From Phoronis australis (taxonomy: Eukaryota > Animalia > Phoronida), in assembly GCA_002633005.1 (NCBI GenBank), contig NMRA01000221.1:188290-252289 (forward strand): 64,000 nt of DNA, given 5' to 3'. Made by a program: the position numbers and the translations under genes. Each line of letters opens with the position of its first letter. Position 1 is the first letter of the stretch. This document shows positions 26,001-64,000 of this stretch, one piece after another. Below the pieces are notes generated by a model. That model was not told where the DNA came from and searched no databases. It saw nothing but the letters and a program-made list of their open reading frames with translations.

Positions 26001-26842
26001 GTTTGACACAAGCCACGGGTTTATTGGTTCTTTAGTGTCTTAGTGCAGTGAAGTTATCAATGTTGAAAAATCAAACAACCACTAAATGTTTTCTCAGTAC
26101 TCCAAGAACTTATTGAAACAGTACAGACAAAATCCACATCACAGAGGTATTCTATTATTACATATTAAATTAAAGTGACTTTAAACTCACTTCCCATCCA
26201 AAAATCAAATACAATTTAGACCACTCAACTGTTAAATTTATGAAACTGGCCTCAAATTTCTCCTTAGTCAAACTGGAAGCAATTTAGGAACTTCAGAAGA
26301 ACTGACAGTTTGTTATTACTCCAGACCACCTCAGAGCGGTTTTAGGAAGTCACTAGGAACTTCAAATTGATTTGTCACGACATGTCGCTTTGTGTGCCGA
26401 TCAATCATGGTCTCAAAGAACAGGAAACTGACAGTTCTTAATAAACTAAGAAATCACTTCTCACCAGAGTAATGAACAGATTGTCTCAATGAAAATGGTT
26501 CTTGGAAGGAGTGCGGGCATAAATCTGTATTAACAAAACAATCACATTTTTAAAAAATTACCTTTGAAGTTACATCACCAGGTCACCCAGTATATCACGT
26601 TTGGAAACGCTAATTCTAAGAATTCCTCATCTGTCTGTGACAAGGTACAGGTTAAAAGGTCCATGAAAACACATTGAAAATATGAAACTGAATAGACCTA
26701 GAGTTGTTATCAGTAATAATTTGCAATTAATGTGTATTATTTTTATGTGTTTCATCCTACCTTCCATGTACTGCACTGGTATAAAGGAGTCATTGAGAGA
26801 GCTGTCACCAGCGCCCTCTGTGGCAGAATTATCCATCATCAT
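20046..26842 (-). CDS. NFYB: Nuclear transcription factor Y subunit beta (NF-YB), 205 aa, 7 coding exons
   Basis: Minus-strand exons 26842-26761, 25059-24989, 24082-24017, 23496-23429, 23097-22968, 21860-21773 and 20158-20046 total 618 nt with consistent phases. They encode the NF-YB histone fold [91 protein letters not shown] and a C-terminus ...[23 protein letters not shown] similar to vertebrate NFYB. A probable non-coding first exon has its donor at 28284. Confidence 0.96.
22512..22825. mobile_element. Foldback element with ~110-bp inverted arms, each containing a minimal hammerhead-ribozyme-like motif (Penelope-like derivative)
   Basis: Arms 22512-22622 and 22714-22825 are near reverse complements. 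The plus-strand motif at 22742-22775 is TTGACAA-A-GACCTGG-CGGA-CCAGGTC-GAAAC-GTC; a mirror copy lies on the minus strand at ~22562-22595. Confidence 0.7.
23098..23428 (-). other. U12-type (minor spliceosome) GT-AG intron in NFYB
   Basis: The 5' splice site is GTATCCTTT (U12 consensus RTATCCTTT). The 3' end reads GCCCTTAATGACTGAATCAG, with a U12 branch-point-like CCTTAAT ~11-17 nt before the exon and no polypyrimidine tract. Confidence 0.9.
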
Positions 26843-27515
26843 CAGACCTGTGGAAAGCAGGACAACGGTGATTACAATAAAGAATATCTTGTGTCAAGCA
26901 CAGACCAGTTGTAAGAAATAGCTTTTTATCAGTTGTATTAGGGTAAAAATCAAGTCACTCCATGACAAAAAGTTATAAAGTTGCCTAATTATACAAATAG
27001 CCAGGTCAGAATAGATCTGAAAGTGAAAATAAACACAGCAACATCCTGTAGAGTTCTACCACATCTTACCATAACTACGGTTATAAAGTTGGCAACCATT
27101 GTTGATTCCTGCTAGTCTTCTGTTCATGTTTTTGGGATAGAAATTTGACCAACATGGTTTGCCCAACATATCAACTGCCATCATGCCCAGTCAAGAGCTT
27201 ATAAGGTTTCTGTGAGCCTCCATACAAATTGCTTTTAAGTATGCCCATAGGATAACAGGAGGGAAATCCCAGCAAGCTTCCTGAAGTGATTCACCTAACC
27301 AACAAGGAACTAAAGGTCAAACTGGGTCACCTGCTACAATACCACAAGTAATGACACCTTTTGTTTACCTATGCTAAACAAAAAGCTCCCGAAAATTTTC
27401 CCATAGGCATTTAATTATTAAGAAACATAAGCTACAAATTTTGGGATGGAGTTTGAGTTGCAAATTTTAATCATTTCATTTTAATTAATTTTGGGCTATA
27501 AGAAATTTATAACAT

Positions 27516-27675
27516 TGTGTGTGCTTCTGTATGTGTGTGTGTGTGTGCCTCTGTANNNNNNNNNNNNNNNNNNNNNNNNNNNNNNNNNNNNNNNNNNNNN
27601 NNNNNNNNNNNNNNTGCTTCTGTATGTGTGTGTGTGTGTGTGTGCTTCTGTATGTGTGTGTGTGTGTGTGTGTGC
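27516..27675. repeat. Compound (TG)n microsatellite interrupted by an assembly gap (N 27556-27614)
   Basis: Units of TGCTTCTGTA(TG)n on both sides of the N run. Confidence 0.9.
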
Positions 27676-28284
27676 TTGCCAGGGAAACAAAATGGAAACA
27701 AAAATACATTAATTAAATGTAAATGAATGTTGCGGAGATAACAAACAAAATTACACCATTTCGTTGTTTGACTGTCCAAAAATCAAAATGAAAATAAAAT
27801 GTCTGTATATAAATATATTAAATGCATGGTATTACTTATTTTGATGACGTGGATGGCCCAAACGACAGAAGTTTTGCTCGTCAGTGTTATTTTGCACACT
27901 GTCAGGTATTTTTAACTGGAGTCACCCCCTGATTTCAGCGAAAGTCTGGCAGACAAAGGTGATTTGAAATAAAATGACAAGAACACAATGGATTTTATTG
28001 TTTTTACAGTTCTGAAAGTAGGCCTACATCAGGGTTAGACTTTTGATGCTGAGTGTCAAACCTGTAGTCCGTGTAAGTCTCGATTCATACGGAAACCAAT
28101 AATTTTACTATGCTTGTTCGTTTATTTATGCAAGTACTTTTCTAGGCCTATATCTTATGGTAATAGTTGGATACCAATTTCTCTACCTGTTGGCAATAGC
28201 CTACGTCTACTCAGTAGCACTTGTGCTGATGGTTATTTTGTGTTTCTACCCTACACACCGATGTAAAATAAACGTTTTGCTTAC

Positions 28285-29217
28285 TTGCGTAATTTTGTTA
28301 CAAACCAGTTGCGTATGATTTCCACCTGGCAGAGGAATGCGGGAACTAGTTGCACTTTTTATTATTGGGAAGTGGCTTGGTGCACCACGTTTGTCGGTAG
28401 CCTACAGCACCACAACCGACTCTGACGAAACAAAGAAAATGGCGGTTTCGAGCAAGGCACAAGAAACTCGAACAATGAGTTACGAAATCTTGAATGACTC
28501 GTCATAGTTGAAAATTTTTGGACTTAAATTGTGCCCCCCTTATTTACCATCGGCTGAATGACTGAGGACAAATACAAACCTCGATCGTGGGAACCGACGT
28601 AGAAATTGGTTGGTCAACAATCAGCCAGTGAGAATCCGCGCTTCGATCAACCACTCAAATCCTTCTACATGTGCTGATCTAATCATTTTGGTACCTTCCC
28701 TCTGAATTAAATATTGTCATTGCCCTGAGAATAAGAAAATGACGTTAAGCACAAAAAATATAAAATTTTCGAACATGAACGCATTTTTAATGTTTTTAAT
28801 TACATTTAAATTCAATAAAAAGCAGTTTACTTTAAACAAAGCGTCCGTTTTTGCATTTTGTTTTATTGTGAACGAACTAACGACAACAGCCTAATCTACT
28901 GGGGGATCTGATATTTTATCAGTCCGCTGTAGAAAGAGATCGCGGGCTTGTTGTTTGTTTTTAGTTTTTTTACTGATTTCAGTTACGTTAAACAGATGTA
29001 CAGCCTGAGAAATCTTTAATTTAAACTCTTTTAACAGAGCAAGACCTTTTACCTGAATTTTGGATAACTTAACTTGGTTTCTATAAATAAGTCAGTCACG
29101 TGATGGGGAAACCCTTTTGTCGCCATACTTGTGACATTGTCATTACTGTTTTACTTGCAACGAAAATGAAAGAACTGTGTTGATTTATTGGAAAGTGTTA
29201 CCCTGAAGTTAGCTAGT
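28285..29217. promoter_or_regulatory. Divergent promoter and 5'UTR region shared by NFYB (-) and the UBL4A-like gene (+)
   Basis: Lies between the putative NFYB exon-1 donor (28284) and the UBL4A ATG (29218). Contains AAAATGGCGG (YY1-like, ~28436), ATTGG/CCAAT at 28605 and E-box CACGTG at ~29097. Transcription start sites are not determinable. Confidence 0.5.
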
Positions 29218-31873
29218 ATGAAGGTGATTGTGAAGCTTTTAGGGAAACCAGAGAACTCCTTTGAGGTATGATTTTGTGTGCCGTTGGTTATTAAATCCGG
29301 TGCAAATTTTTATGCCGTGGCCGAGCCTTCACTTAGTCTTCAGTTCAGGACTACACGGGCCAGTCGGACCAATGTGAGCTAAGTAAGCAGTATTTATCTC
29401 ATTGGTCCGACTTATTTGAATTATTTCTATACATGTCTATTTTGGTTTTTAACTTTGGGTTAAAAATCAGTGTTCAGGTACCTGTTTCTCGAAAACTCTG
29501 TGTCTATGGCCCTGTTGACATAGGAGTGCGCCACTGCTTAGCCATAAGATATCCCGTTGCCTATTCCCATATGACTGGCTGAAAAGAGTGCTGACTGTAA
29601 AGTGTTAAGCCCTTATTAACCCAGTCAAAGGTGCATGTATTAAGTAGGATTAAAGATAGGGCTTGTGTAGAGACCCTGCTTCTCCCTGATAACGAAAAAC
29701 AGACGGAATTCACAGAATTTGTCATCCTTCATGGAAATAGAGATTTCAAACGGAATTTCCATAGTTCAGAAGTAGGTGCCGTAATTCTAATATTTTTATT
29801 TTTGTTGCCAAATATTAGGAATATAATACATCAAATTTAACACATTCTGGCCAATTTAGGACACAATATTGGAGACAAGTGAAAATTTATTTTTTCATGA
29901 AATTAATGCTTCACGTACATCTTCTGTATCATTGTTACCAACAGAAAATATTTTAAAACGTGGCCAATCACAACAAAGTTAGAAGGTCATACAAATGACA
30001 AAAAAAGCTAATTTTGGCTATTATTTTTAACTGAAATTGGTGATGTGTACCGTACTTGTATGCTGTTCCCTTCCAGAGCTCCAGCAGGTCAAAGTGATAA
30101 GGGTTTCATTAGCCAGTTTGTAACACAGTCACCGAAACTGTCATGTCACAACATAAGTCAGGGGCAGTTCTTTCAACTCCAGGTTGTCAAATCACCCCTA
30201 CAAGACAAACTTAGAAGTTCAAAATACCTTTCACTTGAGTGGATACCTGTACATCTGGAACCATGTCGGAGAGGGCAAAATACACCCCCAAAGTTTTGCA
30301 GCATGCCCCTACCACACCCCTCAGTCTGACGTAAACCCGGTTGTTCAAATTCATGGATTTGACAGGTGACTCATGGTTACTCGATTGTTTATTTTCAAGG
30401 TTTCCCCGACCACGACTGTTGCTTCCCTCAAAGTTGAGGTTGGTAAGGTGTACAATGTACCAGCTGGCCAACAAAAGCTTGTGCTGAAAGGCAAGACCCT
30501 GAATGGTAGCGTACTCTTTTGGTTATGTTAGACACTAAACAGTAACCTAACTCAAATTAGATAAAAGGCAATCACTGCTCTAGCTTGTTGAGACTCTTCT
30601 GGTGAAGGTTAAAAGTTTTGTTCCAAGGTAGCGAATAAGTGACAGACTTCAGTGTTGAATGCTGTTATCGAATTTCCATGTCGTAATATTTGATTGGTTT
30701 TAAAGCAATGAACATTGATGAGATAAGATAAACCTTGATTTCTTATTAATTTGTAGTCATGTTTGAATATATATATGTAAACTGTTTCATTAACAAAACT
30801 AAGGTGATGTAAAAACAGGCGAAGCCACAAAAGTCAATCTCAACAATTGTGAAGTTATAAAAAAAAAGTAATGGTGTAATTAGATAAAACTTTTTAAAAA
30901 ATTAATTTAACAAAGTGCATGATGGCTGTCTGGTTAGTTTTTGAAATATGAATGTGATTACGAGACATGAAGCACAGCCTCTTGTTTTTGCTTTGTAACA
31001 TTTTACTGTCCGTCTGGCCAACAGGGGGCATTACATATTATTTTTGTCTATCTGTTATTGATGCTTGAAGCAAATATGCTTTCATGTTTCATCAGGAAAT
31101 AACACCAAATCTTAACATTTTCACTCTTATTTGACAGATGAATCGGAGATAGGAAGCCACAAGATAACGGAGGGAGAAAAGATATTTTTGTTTGTCAAGA
31201 AGTCGGACACAGGCTCTTTAAATGCTAAGAAGAAACCCCCAAAAAGTCCACTGTTTGAAAAAGTGGAACAGTTGTTGTTGAAGCATTTCCCTAAGGAAAG
31301 CGTCCCTCAGATACTGGACAACTTTGAAAAGGTAAAGTAAATTGTGATTGTCACAGTGGAATTATATTCAGTAAACCTTGCATAATTCGAATCAAACCCG
31401 AAAGTCTTTAGTATGATGACGAAATCCGTCTTATTTGAAAGGTTCAGTGTATAGAGCAGTACGCTTGTGCAGTTTTTCCGAGTTATAGATAAAGTAACAA
31501 TCCAATTTATGGCTTTCCAGTTTCACTATATATCCTCTTTATTAAAAGATCTGTAGACACTGTATATTAGAGCTGTATTTCAGAAGTGTTGACTAAACCT
31601 AATGTATTTTCTCTCCAGATAAAACTTTGTTTTTTCCATATTCATGTATTTGTACATAGAGGATTGTCATAGAAACGAACCAATAAATTTTGGTAACACT
31701 CGATGGATGCAACACTTTGGGGTGGAATTTTTTGCTCAGTGGAATAAAGCAGATTTCTCTTATTTCAGAAAGTCAATGATCTTCCTTATCAGCTAAGCCT
31801 GGAGGACATAGAACGCATCGCTAGCGCCAATCTGGAGGCGGGGAAGAACTCATCATGGTGTGGACGATTATGA
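29218..31873 (+). CDS. UBL4A: Ubiquitin-like protein 4A (Get5/GDX-like), 150 aa, 4 exons
   Basis: Exons 29218-29265, 30400-30505, 31138-31331 and 31769-31873 total 453 nt, GT-AG, phases consistent. The N-terminal ubiquitin fold reads MKVIVKLLGKPENSFEVSPTTTVASLKVEVGKVYNVPAGQQKLVLKGKTLNDESEIGSHKITEGEKIFLFVKK. C-terminal LSLEDIERIAS resembles the UBL4A BAG6-binding segment LTLDDIERLAS. There is no terminal di-Gly. AATAAA at 32672. Confidence 0.88.
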
Positions 31874-33622
31874 CTTTGCCACTGTTACAACACTTTGACT
31901 GGTGTTCACATACCAACACTTGAGACTGACCTCACAGACCACTATTTTACGGCTTTTTATGATGGCCGCGCTTGATGTGAGCTTTGTTCTTCAATTTCAC
32001 TGTGCAATGTTTGTAAAGAGTGTCCATGAATATCGTTTTCAAAAGACTACAAAACGTACTGTTGGGGGAGAGGGTAACCTGCTTGTACTCTTTTCTCTTG
32101 ATTGTTGATGGAAAGGCATCGGCATTTGTGCATGTTTAATATTACTCATAATTAGTGATACTGTTTAGTATGGAGAGGACAAGGTCTTACCAAAGTAGTG
32201 TCTTGTACGCTTTTGAAAACATTTACTGTTATGGACATCACATAAGCAATTGTAGGATTAAATTAAGAAAAAATGTCTTGAGAGGTTGTCTGGGTGTTCC
32301 AAATGGATTTATTGAATTTTGCGTTTTTAAAGAGTATGTTTTAGGTATAGACTTGTGGTCTATTAAAACGGACTTCCTTCGATAAACAATGCATTATATA
32401 TGGAAATTTACCCAGTAATATTTTATGTTTCAGGGATGACGCTGACATTTCACTTCTTTTTAAAAATCCATGGTGATCTCTAAAAATGACACATCCTCTA
32501 CTCCGTTTGTGTTTCTCTTCTGCAGCCCTACAAATCAATTGTTTGTTCTGTGAGTGAACGTTAGTTCTACATATAGGTATATCACTGGTGTCGTGATGTT
32601 TTATTGTGATTCAAATACCTGAAGACTTTTGGACATGCATCTGAAAATGTTTTGTTATTTCTGTATTTTGAAATAAAACTTTAAACTGTATGTGACTGGC
32701 CAATGTTTCTTTAGTCTTCAAACTTCAATTGAGATTAAAATATGTAACTAACTTTCAGTTGGCTTATCTGCTCATTAAATTTGCAATCAGTTGCGATGGC
32801 AAACATTTCATATATGTACATTTAGACTATGTACACATAATCATATACATATGCACATACTTGTGCATCAGTGTAATGAAAGACTTGAGTGACATCCAGT
32901 TAAAGCTGCTGGGCAAAGCTGATGTTCTTTGCTTATCCATACCCGTTTTCACTTAGTTCTGCAAAATGATAACTTGCCTTGAATATAATGTTTTTTCGTG
33001 TTTGAAACAGAGTGGTTGCCCAAGAAAATTTCACAGCTATTCGATCCCTCAACAATTCAATTGAAATATAGGTTCACCAAAGAGAAGTATCCAACTGCAC
33101 GACATTTAAATCCACGAACTACCAATTTGGCCTTCACTCTACGTGCCTGGGGTCAGTTTTATGAAAACTGACTTAAGACTTCAGTCAGAAACGTAGTCTT
33201 GGGCTCGGCAAAACTGTTTCTAAGGGTATTAAATCTAGCTTTAAGTTACTAATAGTTTCAATCAATTATTTCTAGACTCGATGCAATCTTTATTACTCTT
33301 CTAAATGTGTTTAGAAATGGTGTTTTTGTAATTTAGCATTGGTTCTTCAAATTTTGCCGTGGTGAAAATCTGGTCAATAGCGGTTTGGTGTTCGGTTTAG
33401 AAGCCATCATCAAGGCTGAGGAAAATGCCATGGGAATTCCCTCGCGTATGAATATAGTGACCTATATTTGTCAATATATACTGAAAGAGGTCGCTGCATC
33501 CGCTGGAAGTTTGTTGTGGATCACGAGCACAAGGTCGGCTTCCGGTGATAAGATAAGTATTAAACAGCAGATATAACTTACAAACACAAGCAGACGACAA
33601 CATACACGTCGTAAACGTCAGG

Positions 33623-60296
<26,674 letters not shown>

Positions 60297-60760
60297 TTAA
60301 TGATGTTTGCCTGACCGACGTTTGTTTTTATTGCAAATACACAAGTTGAATGTACTTTGTGGCACTTGGATATTGGAATGAAATTTAGTCCTGTATTTTT
60401 ACAATCCTAAGTTTTTACCTGGTTAAAAGCTGACTTTGTAATAATTCTTATTACTTGTGCCATAACTTGTTTTCTTATCATTGCTTCAGTTCTCATTTTA
60501 TCGTGACTCAAAAATTTATTTTAGGTAATGAAAGAAATTGCGACAAGATTCAAATTTCAGAAATTTGTCAATAGATTCAGACAAATGTATCAAAGTACCT
60601 TTATATAATATTTTCAAATGTATATCATTGACTAGATATTAATTTATTCTGACTTACAATTTTATCAAGAGTATTCTGTAAATTAGACTACTCAGTTATT
60701 ATTACACATCCAAAGGTTCAACTTAAAAATCGGCAGTTTTCGAGTCGGAATTGGCTGATT

Positions 60761-61010
60761 GGCTTCTATTATCCTCCTATGATCAGTGTTATTTTCATTT
60801 GCTAGAATTTTGGACCTGTCCCAGTCAATATCAATAGCGTGATTATTTTGTGGGACAGCTCCGTCCGTATGAAAGAAAATGAGCATATGGTGAATGGGGA
60901 TGAAAGAAGTTAGAAGCTTTCCTGTGTTTATGACATCATACTTCATACTGCGCTACCTACACTGAAGAAGGCAGAGTCAACATCAAGGTATTCGAAAATG
61001 TCTGCCGATT
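60761..61010 (-). mobile_element. Penelope-like retroelement remnant (GIY-YIG endonuclease C-terminal fragment)
   Basis: Minus-strand 60847-60761 encodes NNHAIDIDWDRSKILANENNTDHRRIIEA, matching the PLE pattern H.idWd..kIL..e.n...R.i.Ea. A decayed CTGAAGAAGGCAG motif lies at 60962 on the plus strand. Confidence 0.65.
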
Positions 61011-61912
61011 TTTAAGATGAACCCTGGGATGTGTTTTATGAACTGGGTAGTCTAATCATGCAGACAGCCAGATGAGACTTTTTGATGATGTATTCTGTCA
61101 AGCTTTAAGTGTACGCAACAATACAATAATTGATATTTACTGAACTGAAAGGTGTATATTCTATTTTGATAAGCATTTCTACATAGAAAAGTTAAATGAA
61201 GGGTTAGTCACAATTCAGTTATTAAATCGTTGAATGTACAATGATAACTCTATGCAGTTGTTAAAGAGACATAAAGTTTTGTTTTTGTGCGAGTTAACAC
61301 ATTATTTGTTCACGGGTTCTTAAAAAAGAATTGTATCTGTTTGGCTCATAACAGGTGGATCATGGTGCTTCTTGTGTCAGTTAATGGTGTGCTTTTTTAT
61401 TCATGTCAAGACATGGTTGTATCTAAATGTGAACCTGGTACACAGGGAGATACCTGAGAGCTTGTTGTTTAAGAATGGTTTCTTGTGAGTTTGATAACAG
61501 GGCTGAAGTCTTTGTGAGATATTGTCACGCACTTCAAGTGAAGCGCGTGATCCCACCAGGTGTCACTTGCGACTGCATTATGGTACTGACCCCTGGTGTG
61601 ATTGAATTTGGCAATGTGAAGTTTGGACGAAGTTGAAACAGTTAATCACTTTGGGATTTTAATACCAGTTGCAATCAGTTGTAGAAAAACTTTCTATTGT
61701 GTGATATAATATTGTAACACTAATTGTTTTAGTAGGATTTTAAAAAAGTGTTTGGTGGTGACACCTGGTGATTATAATTTGTGTTAAGTAGCTCAGCCAG
61801 ATGACTAAGTTTTAGTCCATCCACACTGTTTGCTGATTGGAGGTTAGGCAGCTTGACCAGTATCTGGTCTCTGTTGATTATGTAACTTATATCGGTTCTA
61901 CCCATTTAATCA

Positions 61913-62065
61913 CAGGCAGATCAAAGGGGTTCTTGACTCCTCTTTTTCCTTTGATTTTAGTGATATGAAATCTAGAATTTTGGAATTGTTGACTTGGACC
62001 CCATTTTTAAAAATATCCATGATCGGAGCCGTCGCCTTTTAACAAAAATTTTGGATCTGCCCCTG
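61913..62065. mobile_element. Short MITE-like element
   Basis: Inverted termini CAGGCAGATC ... GATCTGCCCCTG. Confidence 0.4.
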
Positions 62066-62595
62066 TTTAATGATGGTGTTGAAGTCCTAAAATGCTATCT
62101 ATAAGATATCTTGATGCTCCACGTGGTGACGGGCTTCCTAATGAAGTGTACTGTTATTCAGTCCTAGATTCTTGTAAATGTCTGCTCTTATGAATGAGAT
62201 TACAGTGTACTCAGTTTGACATATCACCTCTGGTCAGGAAGACATTACTTCCAGATGTCATATGTGAAAATCGAATATAATTCTTCTGTGTAAGATATTC
62301 GTTTTAACGCAAAACGACCTGTGTCTGGTTGCATAGGGACTCAGTTAAGTTCCCTAAATCCACTTCGTATTTAACACTGAGTGTCATTACTAAGTCAATG
62401 TTTGGCCTTGATACACATCCACGTTGAACTCCTTGTTGAGTTGACTGCTAAAGTTTGAGTCTAATACTGGAATAAAAACTTAAAAAACGTTATCGTTATT
62501 CTGGCCAATTGGTGGCTTTTTGACCAGATGGCGCTGCATTTTGGTCAGAAAACCATCCCATACGTGTGACAAATCGAATCTTAAACTCCCTCCTC

Positions 62596-62722
62596 TATTT
62601 AAAGAGGGACTCTCAATACTCTTATGTAGAGCTTCCTTTATACCCCTTCTGAACCAGTCTTCCTCGAAGAAGGGGTGTTAAGTAACCTCTCCATGAGGGT
62701 ATTGAGAGTCCCTCTTTAAATA
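62596..62722. mobile_element. 127-bp foldback (MITE-like) hairpin with TA ends
   Basis: TATTTAAAGAGGGACTCTCAATAC pairs perfectly with GTATTGAGAGTCCCTCTTTAAATA; imperfect pairing continues inward (ACCCCTTCT/AGAAGGGGT). Confidence 0.75.
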
Positions 62723-64000
62723 AAAGAGCGGGCAGTTACCGACGGACTTTCGAAGTTGTAGTTAAAATGTTGGCCCTCTATACTATAAGACAGTTTTGTA
62801 TGTTTCTGACAGTCAAAGAGCGGCCTATCGGCAAAGCACTGGAGCCAGCAACGACAAAAGCAACCAAGAGGATTCTGAATTTTTATATTGAAAGGATTTT
62901 CTAACGCGCGGTAGCCGACCTCTCCGTGCACCGGCCAATCTCAACTCGTGTAGGCCTATAATACGGGTAATTAGTACCTGGCTCTTTTAGATGTCATATC
63001 ATTGTTAGCAAAATGAATGATGGAGGAGTGTACGTTTTTAAAAGGGTACCACGCAAACCCGATTTTGGCTTATTAACAGAATCATACTCAGTAAAAAGAA
63101 CTTTTCCATTCAGTTCTCTGCCACAATTAACTAATGATGTGAAACTCTCGACAACCCTCAATAGTTTGGAGAAAATTTTTGAAAACTCAGAGTCTGGGGC
63201 AGGCAAGCGTGACCGCTTTTAGCCCGTGACTTACACGGCAACTGCGTAAAAGACCACCACCAAGGACCATAAAATTATCCGTTTTGTGAGATATGGAGGA
63301 TGAGTTTTTCATTCTGGTTGATTCATGTCAATTGTACTTGTAAGATTCAGTTGACTCCAAAACAGTCTGGTTTGGTGAAGTAGGACGTACCTGATGCACA
63401 GCTTCAAATGACGCCAGCACAAACTAGAATGTTGGTGAGGGGACCAGTACGTCCTGTTCGTCATTAGTCTCCTGCACAGACCCTCGAACACGCTATCCGT
63501 GACGTCAGCGTGTGAGGCCCGGGAACCAGATTAGTTCGGCACTAAATGATCGCGATCCGACCTGAAAAATCCATCTCCCGTTTCGTTTCATCTCCAGACG
63601 AGAGCGGTCAAAGTAGGCCTACAGCTGCAGTCAACTAACTCCACGGAGTGAATCTACGCGCGTTAATTAATTCCCGCTGCTCTTTTGTCCGCAGGCTAAT
63701 TAGGCCTATCCATCACGCATCGAGTTCAAACAGTTGCAGTAACAAAAATGATGACCACTTCCATCAGCACTCAGGATAGACAGCGGTAACACTGACAACC
63801 AAAACGCATCTCAGTGAAGTCGTTTTCGGCTTCGGGTAAAAATGAGTTAACCTAGCCAGTGCTGTAGTGGTAAAATTATAGGTAAGTATGCGCCCTAAGC
63901 CCACCGTATCCGCGTTGAGCACTGAACGTAACTTACGGTGCGTAGGCGCTACGTGCAAATGCCAAAAGGTGGTTGGCTGCGCCTACGCCCCACTACAGTG

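Noticed and set aside
60962-61010. Functional hammerhead ribozyme at CTGAAGAAGGCAG
   Set aside because: Stem II and the GAAA core cannot both be formed; at best a decayed PLE motif.

Overview
Animal genomic DNA, AT-rich, intron-rich and with N gaps. Repeat style suggests a lophotrochozoan or mollusc-like invertebrate (inference). I hand-spliced four protein-coding genes: a 3-exon ~117-aa death-domain-like gene (+, 12854-17993), NFYB (-, 7 coding exons, 205 aa, 20046-26842, with a U12-type intron), a UBL4A/Get5-like gene (+, 4 exons, 150 aa, 29218-31873) and a mitochondrial-type 10-formyltetrahydrofolate dehydrogenase ALDH1L2-like gene (+, 22 exons, ~919 aa, 33623-60296). An intact U2 snRNA gene lies at ~12123-12311. 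Several ALDH1L segments occur twice across N junctions, most likely uncollapsed haplotypes, and these expose insertion polymorphisms. The most unusual non-coding structures are a Helentron/HINE-like element carrying 8 co-oriented CTCF-consensus motifs at ~145-bp spacing, a foldback element with two minimal hammerhead-like motifs in an NFYB intron, a perfect 76-bp palindrome between U2 and the death-domain gene, inverted repeats flanking a 99-nt symmetric exon, and tandem duplications of exon ends plus splice donors. All calls come from reading the sequence by eye; no database search was run.
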